From Gammaproteobacteria bacterium (GTDB lineage: Bacteria > Pseudomonadota > Gammaproteobacteria > Arenicellales > Poriferihabitantaceae), in contig VYFG01000145.1 of NCBI GenBank assembly GCA_009842505.1, positions 7,151 to 71,150 of the forward strand: 64,000 nucleotides of DNA, written 5' to 3'. Shown here one piece after another: positions 15,538 through 25,104 of this stretch. The position numbers were made by a program, and so were the translations under genes. The notes under the pieces are model-generated. The model saw nothing but the letters and a program-made list of their open reading frames with translations, was not told where the DNA came from and ran no database searches. Each line of letters starts with the position of its first letter. Within the stretch, counting starts at the first letter, position 1.

Positions 15538-18483
15538 TCAGGCGACCTGTCTCTTGACCAGTTCTTTGAATACCCCGTCGACCTCCATGAGTTCGTCGAA
15601 GGAGCCGCTCTGTACGACTCTTCCGGCCTGCAGCACGTAGATGCGATCGGCCTGTTCCAGCGTGGACAGACGGTGGGCGATGACGATCCGGGTGGCAGTC
15701 AGGGTCGTGAGGTTCCGCATTACCTTGGCCTGGTTTTCGTTGTCCAGCCAGTTGGTTGCCTCGTCGAACAGCATGATTCGGGGGTTGCCGATCACCGATC
15801 GGGCGATTGTGACGCGCTGGCTCTCGCCGCCCGACAGGACAGAACCGCTGGCGCCGACCATGGTCATCATGCCCATGGGCATGCCCCTGATCTCGTCCTC
15901 GACTTCGGCGACCCGGGTGGCGGTCCATACTTCCTCGTTCTCCACTCCATCGTGGTGACTGACCAGGTTGTCCCAGAGGTCCTGGGGATGGAGCCCCACC
16001 GATTGTGGCACTGTGCCGATTTTCCGACGCACCTGTCTCAGATTCAGGTGCCTGAGGTCACGCCCGTCGTAATACACCGCACCGGCGGTTGGCCGGTCAA
16101 TTCCAAGTGCAAGCCGGAACAGGGTGCTCTTGCCGGCACCTGATTCGCCGGCAATTGCGATGAATTCACCGGGGCGGGCGCGGATCGTGACCCCGTCGAG
16201 AATCAGCGGTCCGTCGGGATCGTAGCGGAAGGAAATGTGGTCGAACAGGATGTCGCCGCCCAGATATTCAACCGGTTCTCCTTCGATCTCGGCCTCGGGA
16301 ACCGCGGTGAGCAGCGGGCGCATCTGGTCGAACGCCGGCAGCATGGCGGCAACGGTGCCCAAGGACTCGCCGAGCCGGGCGATGGCGGTCTGGAATACGA
16401 TGAAGACCGTGTAGACTACAAGAAAATCGCCGACCGGGACGTTCCGGTCGCCCACCGACATCACCGCAAAAAGCAGTACTCCGGCGGCGAGAAAGGGGAG
16501 CGCGGCGCCAAATGCCCGGGAATGCCCCTCGAGTGCGCCCAGTTCGAGTTCCGCGCGTTTCTGCTCGCGGTAGCCCCGGGCCCAGATGGCGAAAGCCGAC
16601 CCTTCCGCATTTTCCACGCGCAGTTTGGTGATCCCGCCCACGATCTGGAACAGCTGGCCGGCTACGCGGCGTGTCGCACTGATCATCCGCCCATACGGTG
16701 AGATCTGGCTCCATCCGATGACCGCGGTGATCAGCAGAGAAGCCAGGCTGAAGGCGAGGGCGATGCTCCCGAGGGTGGCATCGTAGAAGAAGATGATACC
16801 AAAGGACGGGAGCAGGAAAATGATCGACAGGAAGCTGTCGGCGACGACCCCCTGCAGACCGTCGCGAAGATTCTGGAAGGTCATTCCCGACATGGCCAGG
16901 TCGCCTGCCGGTTGGCGGTGCAGGATGCTCGGAGGAAGACGCATGAGGCGGTCCCAGAAGGCGGCCTCGACCCGTGACGCCGCGCGCCCCTCGAGCCGCA
17001 TCATTGCAGTGCCCTGAAGCAGATGCAGCAGGGCGCCGAGCACGCCGAGACCCGCCAGCGCCACGGCCATGGCATAGAGCGCCTCGACGTTTCCGCCCGC
17101 AGTGGCTTCATGCGCAACAAAGCCGAGCGCAAGTGCCGGCAGGAGCTTGATCAGGCCGCCCGGAAGCCCGGCAATCACAAGCCGTAGCAGATCCGCGGCC
17201 GATCCATGCAGGGCGATTTTCAGCAGGTCTGCCGGTTTCACGTTCCCCGACGGTAATGGCCGGTAGAACATCCAGGCTTCCTCCCCAAGCGCGCTGGCGC
17301 GATCCGCTGAGATCCGCGCGCTGCGCTTGGTGGCCGGGTCGTATTCCCGATAGCGCCCGAACATTCCCGGCAGCAACGCCACCGGCCGCCCGTCTTCCGG
17401 GCGGAATACCAGCATCGCGTTGCTGTCCCCACGCCACCAGGTTCCCTCGGCCTTGAAACGCACGCGTCGGGCGCGTACGCCCGAGGCATCGAGAACGTCC
17501 ACGAGGCCGATCGGAATATCGGCAGGTCCCGTGCGCGCCGGGATCCGGAAATCGATTCCTTCATGGCGGCCGATGATCCGCAGAGCATCTTCCAGGGCCG
17601 TGTCCTCGACACTGGCTTCCCGGTCAATGGGCTGATCATAGATATTGAAAAGCCGTTGCCTGGCAACCCTCTCGGCCGTGCGGCGGCTGGTTGTCCGCGC
17701 GCGCTCGAGATTCACGTCATCGACCACGGCCAGGCGGCGGTTTAGGCGTTCCAGGGTAAAGGCGACCGCGTGGAAGGTGGCGAGCGCCGGCAGCAGCGTG
17801 CCTTGCTGCGCCAATGTTTCGGTAGACTGGCCCGTCAGTGTCGTCTCTTCGAACAGGGTGATCCAGTTGGTCCGTGTCAGCGGGAGCATGGTTTCGCCTG
17901 CACCGCCGGCCTCGGCAAGTTCCGCCTGGTCGACGATATCCATGAACAGGACTGCGCCGTGCGACGGTTTGCTGACCCATACCACGCGGTGCCGTGTGGA
18001 CAGCGTGCAGGAGGGAGAAAGGGTTTGCGCCAGACCGGGTTCGGCCAGGGCTGTCGGACGCGGAAGGGGGCTCGCAAAGCGCGACAACGTGCCGGTGATG
18101 GCGTTCAGCCAAGTGTCGGCCTGCTCCGCCAGTTCCGCCGGATCGGCCTGGGACAGCAGGGACGCCGGCAGCCGTTTCAGCATTGTGCCCGGCATTCCCT
18201 TGGCCATCAGGCTGAGCGTAGTGTCCTGGCCATCGTCCCGTACGTCCGGGGCAACGCCAGGAAGCAACCAGCCCGAATCGCGGCGCAGCAGATGCTGTGG
18301 TGCCGCCTGTTCCACCCCGTCCTTGAATTCGATCAGGAACAGGTTGACGGCACCCTGATCGATGAACCAGACGCTGTCGGGATCGTCGAGCCTGACCGGC
18401 AGATTGCCGGCACAGGGCACGGCTGTGCCGGAGCGTGCGGCGAGCTCTGCGATGGATATGTATTGCGGCCCGGTGTCCTTCAT
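15538..18483 (-). CDS. NHLM-type bacteriocin ABC transporter, ATP-binding/permease protein with a long N-terminal cNMP-binding-like extension
   Basis: 981 aa. Walker A GESGAGKST, signature LSGGESQRV, Walker B IMLFDEATNWLD, six-TM ABC exporter core. The N-terminal ~330 aa have no peptidase Cys motif. Its start overlaps the upstream PCAT stop by 1 nt. Confidence 0.85.
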   Translation of the reverse strand: MKDTGPQYISIAELAARSGTAVPCAGNLPVRLDDPDSVWFIDQGAVNLFLIEFKDGVEQAAPQHLLRRDSGWLLPGVAPDVRDDGQDTTLSLMAKGMPGTMLKRLPASLLSQADPAELAEQADTWLNAITGTLSRFASPLPRPTALAEPGLAQTLSPSCTLSTRHRVVWVSKPSHGAVLFMDIVDQAELAEAGGAGETMLPLTRTNWITLFEETTLTGQSTETLAQQGTLLPALATFHAVAFTLERLNRRLAVVDDVNLERARTTSRRTAERVARQRLFNIYDQPIDREASVEDTALEDALRIIGRHEGIDFRIPARTGPADIPIGLVDVLDASGVRARRVRFKAEGTWWRGDSNAMLVFRPEDGRPVALLPGMFGRYREYDPATKRSARISADRASALGEEAWMFYRPLPSGNVKPADLLKIALHGSAADLLRLVIAGLPGGLIKLLPALALGFVAHEATAGGNVEALYAMAVALAGLGVLGALLHLLQGTAMMRLEGRAASRVEAAFWDRLMRLPPSILHRQPAGDLAMSGMTFQNLRDGLQGVVADSFLSIIFLLPSFGIIFFYDATLGSIALAFSLASLLITAVIGWSQISPYGRMISATRRVAGQLFQIVGGITKLRVENAEGSAFAIWARGYREQKRAELELGALEGHSRAFGAALPFLAAGVLLFAVMSVGDRNVPVGDFLVVYTVFIVFQTAIARLGESLGTVAAMLPAFDQMRPLLTAVPEAEIEGEPVEYLGGDILFDHISFRYDPDGPLILDGVTIRARPGEFIAIAGESGAGKSTLFRLALGIDRPTAGAVYYDGRDLRHLNLRQVRRKIGTVPQSVGLHPQDLWDNLVSHHDGVENEEVWTATRVAEVEDEIRGMPMGMMTMVGASGSVLSGGESQRVTIARSVIGNPRIMLFDEATNWLDNENQAKVMRNLTTLTATRIVIAHRLSTLEQADRIYVLQAGRVVQSGSFDELMEVDGVFKELVKRQVA

Positions 18484-20687
18484 CAGCCCGACTTGACCAG
18501 CTTGTAGTACGTGCCTTCCCGGTCCGCAATCAGCTCGGCATGCGTGCCGCGCTGCACCGTGACGCCCTTATGGAGTACGATGATTTCATCGCAATCCCGC
18601 ACGGTGCTCAGCCGGTGAGCCACGATCAGGCAGGTGACGCCGCGCCGCCGAAGGGCATCATCAACGAATTCCTCGGTTGCGGCATCGAGGGCGCTGGTCG
18701 CCTCGTCCAGGATGAGCACCGTCGGATGGCCCACCAGCGCGCGGGCGATTTCCAGCCGTTGCCGCTGGCCGCCGCTGAAATTCGCCCCGCCCTCTTCGAC
18801 CAGGGTCGCATATCCTTGCGGCCGGATCAGGATTTCGTCATGGATCTGGGCATCCCGCGTCGCGGTGAAAATGGCTTCATCCGGAATGGCCGGGTTCCAC
18901 AGGGTGATATTGTCGCGTACTGACGCGGAAAAGAGCACGACCTCCTGATCCACCATGGAAATGGACTGCCGCAGCACTTCCTCGGGAATCTCATCCCGCA
19001 GATGGCCATCAAACAGGATTTCCCCCGACCAGGGTTGATAGACACCCGATACCAGGCGCGCCAGAGTCGACTTGCCGGAGCCGCTGGAACCGACCACGGC
19101 AACCCGCTGTCCCGGCCTGATCACGAGGCTGAAGTCCTTGATCAGGGGTGGGCGGCTCTTGTTGAAACCGAAGGTGACATTGCGTAGTTCGAGCTGGCCT
19201 GCCAGCTGGAGCCGGCCGTTGAACGTGGGAATTGAGTCCGATTCCGGACTCCGGCGATTGAAAACCGGGTCTTCGGCGGCCTTGGAGATGTCATCGACCC
19301 GCTGCAGGTCGGTTTCGAGCGCCTGGCGCTTGTCGGCGAATTCCAGAAAGTGCCCGATGGGCGTCAGGAACAGTTCTGCCAGGATATAGAAGCCCACCAG
19401 CGTTCCCAGGGTCATTTGCCCGGTCATGACCATGCCGCCCCCGATGCCGAGGATCGCCGCGCTGCGAAGTACGGCAATCAGGCCCGGGAGCGCGGTGTTG
19501 ACGGAGCCCAGTTCGGAATAGGCCTGGCGAGCCTGCAGTTCGCGCGCCTGCTGGCCACTCCAGCGCGAAAAAAACCGGTCATCCGCTCCCGTCATGCGCA
19601 GGTTGTCCGCATGGTTCAGCATCTGCATGCCGAGACCGATCAGCAATCCCTGTTCGCGCCTCATCGTCTGGCTTCGGACCGCCCGGTGGGCGTTAAGAAA
19701 GTGGGCCAGGATGCCGTGCAAAAGCGCCAGCAGCAGCACAATCAGCGTCAGCAGGATATCGTACGCAAGCATCGCGATGAGCAACACCACACTCATGGCC
19801 ATGTCGATCATGAGCACCAGGAACTGGTCCGTCAGATTCTTCGCGATTCTGTCAATGGACGAGACCCGGTCGGTCAGGTCGCCGGCCAGCCTGTGCTCGA
19901 AAAACTCCACCGGCAACCGCAACAGGCGCGACAGGCCACGGTTGTGGCCGGTCACCGAAATCCGGATTGCTAGACGCTTCAGGAACCGGTGCTTGAGCAG
20001 GGACAGGATGTATACCAGAACACCGCCGCACAGCAGGGCTGCCACCAGTCCGCCCCAGGGCCCATGGTTTTGCAGGACATCGTCCACGAAAACACTGAGG
20101 GATGCGGGGACGAGGAGTGCCAGCAACGTCAACATGAGCCCGCAGGCGATCACTCCGGCAAGCACATTCCATGATCCGCCGAGCAGGGTGCCCAGTTGAC
20201 TGAACAGGCCGGGTTGCTCGCCGCCGGGCTTGAAATCGGCGCTGAGCTTGAACCGTAGTGCAATGCCGCTGTAGCCCTTGTTGAACTCTTCAACGGAAAG
20301 CCTGCGTCGTCCCGTGGACGGGTCATTGAGATGGTAGTTACGACCGTCGAATCCCTCAAGGACGACGAAATGGCTGAATTGCCAGAACAGTATCAGGGGC
20401 AGTTCCAGCTTTTGCAGTTGCTCGGCACGCACGCTGAGTCCATTGCATTCGAGGCCATAGTGTCTCGAGGCGCGCAGGATGCTTGCGGCACTGCTACCGT
20501 CCCGGCTCACCTCGCATTTTTCGCGCAATTCGGTAAGCGGCACCCAGCGCCCGAAGTAGGCCAGTATGATGCCCAGGCAGGCTGCGCCACATTCCGACGC
20601 GTGCATCTGTAACAGGACCGGGGTGACTACCCTCCGTTTCCGGGAGTCTGTGGCGGCCTTGCCAGCAGCCCCTTTTGAGGCGACCAT
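18483..20687 (-). CDS. Peptidase C39-containing ABC transporter (PCAT) of an NHLP/NHLM system
   Basis: 734 aa. The N-terminal C39 domain has an intact catalytic set (QMHASECGAACLG Cys, SHFVVLEG His, LNDP Asp). Walker A GSSGSGKST, signature FSGGQRQRL, Walker B LILDEATSALD. Confidence 0.9.
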   Translation of the reverse strand: MVASKGAAGKAATDSRKRRVVTPVLLQMHASECGAACLGIILAYFGRWVPLTELREKCEVSRDGSSAASILRASRHYGLECNGLSVRAEQLQKLELPLILFWQFSHFVVLEGFDGRNYHLNDPSTGRRRLSVEEFNKGYSGIALRFKLSADFKPGGEQPGLFSQLGTLLGGSWNVLAGVIACGLMLTLLALLVPASLSVFVDDVLQNHGPWGGLVAALLCGGVLVYILSLLKHRFLKRLAIRISVTGHNRGLSRLLRLPVEFFEHRLAGDLTDRVSSIDRIAKNLTDQFLVLMIDMAMSVVLLIAMLAYDILLTLIVLLLALLHGILAHFLNAHRAVRSQTMRREQGLLIGLGMQMLNHADNLRMTGADDRFFSRWSGQQARELQARQAYSELGSVNTALPGLIAVLRSAAILGIGGGMVMTGQMTLGTLVGFYILAELFLTPIGHFLEFADKRQALETDLQRVDDISKAAEDPVFNRRSPESDSIPTFNGRLQLAGQLELRNVTFGFNKSRPPLIKDFSLVIRPGQRVAVVGSSGSGKSTLARLVSGVYQPWSGEILFDGHLRDEIPEEVLRQSISMVDQEVVLFSASVRDNITLWNPAIPDEAIFTATRDAQIHDEILIRPQGYATLVEEGGANFSGGQRQRLEIARALVGHPTVLILDEATSALDAATEEFVDDALRRRGVTCLIVAHRLSTVRDCDEIIVLHKGVTVQRGTHAELIADREGTYYKLVKSG

Positions 20688-20688
20688 C

Positions 20689-21252
20689 TTACGATTGCTT
20701 CATTCGGAACAATGCAATCGGTGATTGCCTGCCAAGTTCGAGGAAGATCCGGCACTCCCTGTCCGCAAGGGAAGTCAGGTCGTGGCTTTCATCGAGCGTG
20801 ACGACGATGCGGTGGACGGACACCGGCACCGCGGTCTCAAGCGCCGCCAGCCTCCCGTGCAGGGGCACGGCGGTAATGTCCGCGACCTCTCCGTCAAGCG
20901 TGTCTGCCTCTCCGTCCGCCATATCCAGCTCTATCACCGCCGGTATCCCGGCCTTGATTTGCGGCGCGATGTCGCTCTTGATCCAGACGAGGGCCTGCAA
21001 GGACCGGTTTCCCTCGGGCAGGCTTTCGCCGGGCTCGACCAGCACGCCGTCCAGCGCAAGGCTGCGGGGCACGTTGCCATAGAAGAACCAGGTCCCGAGG
21101 ATGAGCAGCGTCACGGCGATCGCGGCGACCAGCAGACGCTCCCGGGGCGTGGAGATTGTCAGCAGCCGGTCGAGTTGTTCACGTTCCTCCTTTGCCTCGG
21201 CAACCGTATTGTGAAATGAATCAAATGGATTATTGAACACGACTGCGGGCAA
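20689..21252 (-). CDS. Short HlyD-family-like periplasmic adaptor (secretion protein of the NHLP exporter)
   Basis: 187 aa. Cytoplasmic N-terminus, one TM helix (LLVAAIAVTLLILGTWFFY), then a barrel-sandwich-like segment (GVLVEPG...IKAGIPAVIELD...GEVADI). No long coiled-coil hairpin. There is a 1-nt gap to the PCAT start. The start codon is uncertain: TTG at 21252 directly abuts the SD GAGGAGG, and a GTG lies 12 nt downstream. Confidence 0.6.
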   Translation of the reverse strand: MPAVVFNNPFDSFHNTVAEAKEEREQLDRLLTISTPRERLLVAAIAVTLLILGTWFFYGNVPRSLALDGVLVEPGESLPEGNRSLQALVWIKSDIAPQIKAGIPAVIELDMADGEADTLDGEVADITAVPLHGRLAALETAVPVSVHRIVVTLDESHDLTSLADRECRIFLELGRQSPIALFRMKQS

Positions 21253-21316
21253 CCTCCTCGTAGAGATCCAGCAAGGACAAAGTAAATCTCATTCGGCCTG
21301 AGTGAAGATGTAGGAG

Positions 21317-21345
21317 ATTATATGCAATCTCGACCAGGAAAGAGC
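21317..21345 (-). promoter_or_regulatory. Putative promoter of the exporter/maturation operon
   Basis: Perfect TATAAT on the minus strand (21317-21322) in a lower-GC stretch about 60 nt upstream of the HlyD-like start. TTGCTC lies about 19 bp upstream as a weak -35. Confidence 0.3.
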
Positions 21346-21596
21346 AAATTCCAGGGGTTGGGAAATCCGGTTAGATCTGCGTCGGCTGAAAGCCTGGAGG
21401 GGTCTATTTCCGGTCCCATGATTCTGATCGGGGCCGCATTTCGCCCCCCGCCGATTCGGGCTGTCGCCGGCACCGTGTTGCACATCCCCTGCCGGGGAGG
21501 TGCCCGTCCTGAAGCTTCCGGCAGGGACGGATGGTACTGCATCACCGGGAAGGGCCGGACGGCTCCACTTCCCGCAATCCATCCCAGGAGGGCAGA

Positions 21597-23936
21597 TCAG
21601 GATGCCGGCCCGTCCCGCCTGGTTGGGCCCCGGTCCACCACCGTCAGCAGCGCCGGCAGGAGCGTCAGGTCGGCAATGAACGCAAAGGCAATGATCATCG
21701 CGGTCAGCACTCCAACCTGCGCGGTGGGAACGAACGGGGAAAACACGAAGATCAAGAAGCCGGCCACCAGCACCACCGTCGTTGTGAAAAGGGCCCGGCC
21801 GGCCGTGTCAAAGGCGTAATGCACCGCTGCCTCGGTATCCTGGCCGAATTCGCGCCGCGCACGGCGGTACTTGCTGAGAAAGTGCACCGTATCGTCCACG
21901 ACGATGCCCACGGTCATGGCAACCACCACGGATAACGAGAGGCCCACCTGTCCCACCGTCAACCCCCAGACGCCGAAGCCCAGCGCAGCGGGAACCAGAT
22001 TGGGGATGATGCTGATCAGGCCCAGCCGCAGTGACCGCAGGGCGAACAGGAGAATGGCGGAAATGGCCAGGAGCACGACCAGAGTCCCGACCAGCATGGC
22101 GCGGATGTTGCGCTGTCCGATGTAGGCGAACAGTGCTGCGGGACCGGTGCTGTTGACGTCGGCGACATGGGCCGCGTTGTCCTTCAGCCAGGCCTCGGCA
22201 CGCGCGTTCAGTTCAAGCACCTCCTGTGTATCCAGCGTTTCCGCCGAAATCGACACGCGCGTGGCCGATCTGGACCTGTCGATCTGGTTGTTCAGGTTCA
22301 GGCCCTGGGGAAGCGAAAGTTCGTACAACAGAAGGTATTGTGCCGCCAGGTCCTTGCTTTCCGGAATCCGGTAGGCGGTTGGGTCGTCACCGTGCATGCT
22401 CTTGTTGAGTTGGCGAAAGGTATCGGTGATGACCGCCACGTGGCGTACGGGGGGCTGTTCACGGTACCAGTCGGCGAATTTCGAGACGTCGGCAAGGAAC
22501 AGGGGGTCGGTGACACCGCCCTCGGCAGTTGCTTCCAGCGAGTATTCGAGCAGGGTGTTGCCGCTCAGGTGTTCGTCCATGAAATCCGTATCCTGCCGGA
22601 ACTCGACGCTCTCATCGAAGAAATGAACCAGGACGTCATTCAGCTCGTTGCGCGGAATGGCCAGAATCACGAGGGGTACGATCAGAATCCATCCCCACAG
22701 GATCGCCTTTCTGTAGCGCAGCACGGAATCTGCCAGGCGAACCATGGCGGTTCCGCCGAATCGGCGTTCCTCCGTGGCACGAATCGGGAGAAGCGAAAGC
22801 AGGGCCGGAAGAAAGGTGACGGAGAGGATGAAGGAGGTGGCGATGCCGAAAGCGACGAAATTACCGAGATGGCGATAGGGCGGCACCTCGGAGAAGTTCA
22901 TGCTCAGGAATCCAAGCGTCGTCGTGAGGCTCGCCAAGAATACCGGGTACAGATTCAGGCTGACGGATTCAACGATGGCATCGTGTCTGTTATACCCGGC
23001 ACGCAGACACTGCTGCAGGGCCACCAGCAGGTGCACGCAGTTCGCCACGACAATCATCAGCACGATGGTGGGTGCCGGCGAGATGGGCGGGGAAAAGGGC
23101 AGCCCGGCCCACATGCCAAGGCCCAGTGACGCGAGAATGGAAAAGACGATGACCATTCCGGTTGCCGCCACCCCCGCCCAACCCCTGGTGAGGACGCCGA
23201 GGATCAGAGCCATGAGCAGCAGGCTTGCGGGCAAGAAGATCTTCTGACTGTCGATCGATGCTTCCAGGAAGGTCTGGTTGATCATGACCGTGCCGACGAT
23301 ACGGAGGTCTACGCCGGGAAACCGTTCTTCCGCCTCCGCGGCGACGGACCTGGCGAACCCGGCAATTTCGGCCACGGCTTCCAGCAGGCCCTCCTCCGGC
23401 AGTTCGACAGTGACGCTTACAACGCTGACATCCCCGTTCAGGGAGAGCATGCTGCCGGCGATACGGGGGTCGGACGAAGCGACATCGCGGATTCGGGACC
23501 GCGCCTCAGGTTGGGCCAGTTCCTGCGGATCAACAAGATCCCGCACATACAGATCGTCACCGTCTGCGGTTGTGTATTGAAAATTGGCGAGCGAGTCGAC
23601 GCGTCTCGAGTAGGGTGTATGCCAGGCGGATTCCGTGAGCCAGGCGGCGGCCGACAGTGCGCTTTGCGATGTGGCGTCACCATCGTCCGGAATCACCAGG
23701 AAAACGATGTTTTCGTTCTTCCCGTAGGTGTTCTCCAGCGCTTCCAGCGCCAGAAGTTGCGGGTTGTCATCGTCGAAGAAGATGCGGTAGTTGGCGGAGA
23801 ATTCGAGCCGGGCAATACCGCTTGATGCGACCGCTACCAGGAACAGCGTGGCAAGGATGACCCGCCAGCGGGCCGCGAGCACCCTTTCGGCAAACCGTTT
23901 TGCGAATGGCTCTTTTGTTATGCCGTTTTTTTCCAC
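21597..23936 (-). CDS. RND-superfamily exporter, MMPL/COG1033 (HpnN-like) type
   Basis: 779 aa with two 6-TM bundles separated by large periplasmic loops. N-terminus RWRVILATLFLVAVASSGIARLEFSANYRIFFDDDNPQL is typical of COG1033 exporters. Confidence 0.85.
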   Translation of the reverse strand: MEKNGITKEPFAKRFAERVLAARWRVILATLFLVAVASSGIARLEFSANYRIFFDDDNPQLLALEALENTYGKNENIVFLVIPDDGDATSQSALSAAAWLTESAWHTPYSRRVDSLANFQYTTADGDDLYVRDLVDPQELAQPEARSRIRDVASSDPRIAGSMLSLNGDVSVVSVTVELPEEGLLEAVAEIAGFARSVAAEAEERFPGVDLRIVGTVMINQTFLEASIDSQKIFLPASLLLMALILGVLTRGWAGVAATGMVIVFSILASLGLGMWAGLPFSPPISPAPTIVLMIVVANCVHLLVALQQCLRAGYNRHDAIVESVSLNLYPVFLASLTTTLGFLSMNFSEVPPYRHLGNFVAFGIATSFILSVTFLPALLSLLPIRATEERRFGGTAMVRLADSVLRYRKAILWGWILIVPLVILAIPRNELNDVLVHFFDESVEFRQDTDFMDEHLSGNTLLEYSLEATAEGGVTDPLFLADVSKFADWYREQPPVRHVAVITDTFRQLNKSMHGDDPTAYRIPESKDLAAQYLLLYELSLPQGLNLNNQIDRSRSATRVSISAETLDTQEVLELNARAEAWLKDNAAHVADVNSTGPAALFAYIGQRNIRAMLVGTLVVLLAISAILLFALRSLRLGLISIIPNLVPAALGFGVWGLTVGQVGLSLSVVVAMTVGIVVDDTVHFLSKYRRARREFGQDTEAAVHYAFDTAGRALFTTTVVLVAGFLIFVFSPFVPTAQVGVLTAMIIAFAFIADLTLLPALLTVVDRGPTRRDGPAS

Positions 23937-24306
23937 AGGACTGGACGGGACTGGTTGTGAACGCCTTCGCGGGTAAGCGGTGCGCCGGGCATCATCGCAA
24001 CCGGAAATTCATGGCAAGGCGGCAAGCATGCCGGTCCGGCCGGGGCAGGCTACGATGCAGGCAGCCCGGCCTGGGCCGCGTGCTTCGAATCCACTGGGCT
24101 CGTATCGGGGCCGGGCATGACATTCACCGCCCGCAGCAACGTGGACTGAAGGTTGGTGCAGAGAAAGATATAGCCCGCCGGGACGCCATGTCAACATCTG
24201 CAGTGCCCATGCAAAGCGGTCCGGGCCCTTCGATCTGGATGGGCATGTACCAATGGATCCGGGCAGCATCCACGATCCGGTGTCAGCGGAACCGGACCGG
24301 GTGCCG

Positions 24307-24924
24307 CTACCGTTCATACGGGTTGTCCAGCATTGCCTCGAACCTGTCCAGCGCGTACCGCAGCGATGAGATCGCCTCCCTGCGCTCTTCCCGCAGCCAC
24401 GGAATTGTCTCCGCCAGCAACTCGTAGATATCCGCCCTCGTGGCCCTGCGCTGCTCCGTCGTCAAGTCCGCGTTGTCGAGTTGCCATTCCAGTTCGTCTA
24501 TCGCCGCCTCGGCCTCGGCAATCTGTTCATCGAGGTTGCCGACGGTTCTTCGCCAGCCTGCCGCCTCGACTTCGGCCGCATGCACCCGGCGGCCCACGGA
24601 ATAGGCGTCGAGAAACCCCGGCTCCAGATCCTCGGGACACACGCCGCCGTAGAGACGCCCGCTGCGTCCCGTCCGGTATCCCCTTGCCGGACGGCAGTAG
24701 ACCGCCAGACCTTCGTCGAGCCCGTGCAGATAGGCGTCGAGATCGGGAACAACCCCGGCCTTGGCGCAGGCCTGACGGTAATCCGAAATCCGCTGTATTC
24801 CCCGGGCTCCGTCCTCGTATCCGACTGTACGCCAGTCCGCGGACCGGCATTCCTCTTCGGACATCGCCACGCAGCCGGAGATGGCCACCGCGGCCGACAT
24901 GCAAATCACCAACCGTATCTTCAT
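24307..24924 (-). CDS. DUF2799-like lipoprotein
   Basis: Lipobox AISGC after a signal peptide. Repeated C..DW...G..DG..G motif (CRSADWRTVGYEDGARG) and a C-terminal coiled-coil. Confidence 0.6.
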   Translation of the reverse strand: MKIRLVICMSAAVAISGCVAMSEEECRSADWRTVGYEDGARGIQRISDYRQACAKAGVVPDLDAYLHGLDEGLAVYCRPARGYRTGRSGRLYGGVCPEDLEPGFLDAYSVGRRVHAAEVEAAGWRRTVGNLDEQIAEAEAAIDELEWQLDNADLTTEQRRATRADIYELLAETIPWLREERREAISSLRYALDRFEAMLDNPYER

Positions 24925-25104
24925 CGTATCTTCATGTCTTCATCGCGTCATCCTTCGGCCTGCACCTGCCCGGCCGTCTGATTTCCTCTTCACTCGGGAA
25001 ACCTCGCGCCTGCGTTTTCTGTACTTCAAAATGGGGATTATAATCTCCGCCTTTCCGCGAATCGCTACCGTCAGCAGAGCCCCCAGGATTGCAATGACAT
25101 TTCC

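Noticed and set aside
21540-21596. GGGAAG...CTTCCC hairpin after the RND gene stop, considered as a terminator
   Set aside because: The internal pairing is irregular and no U-tract follows. It cannot be distinguished from chance GC-rich self-complementarity.
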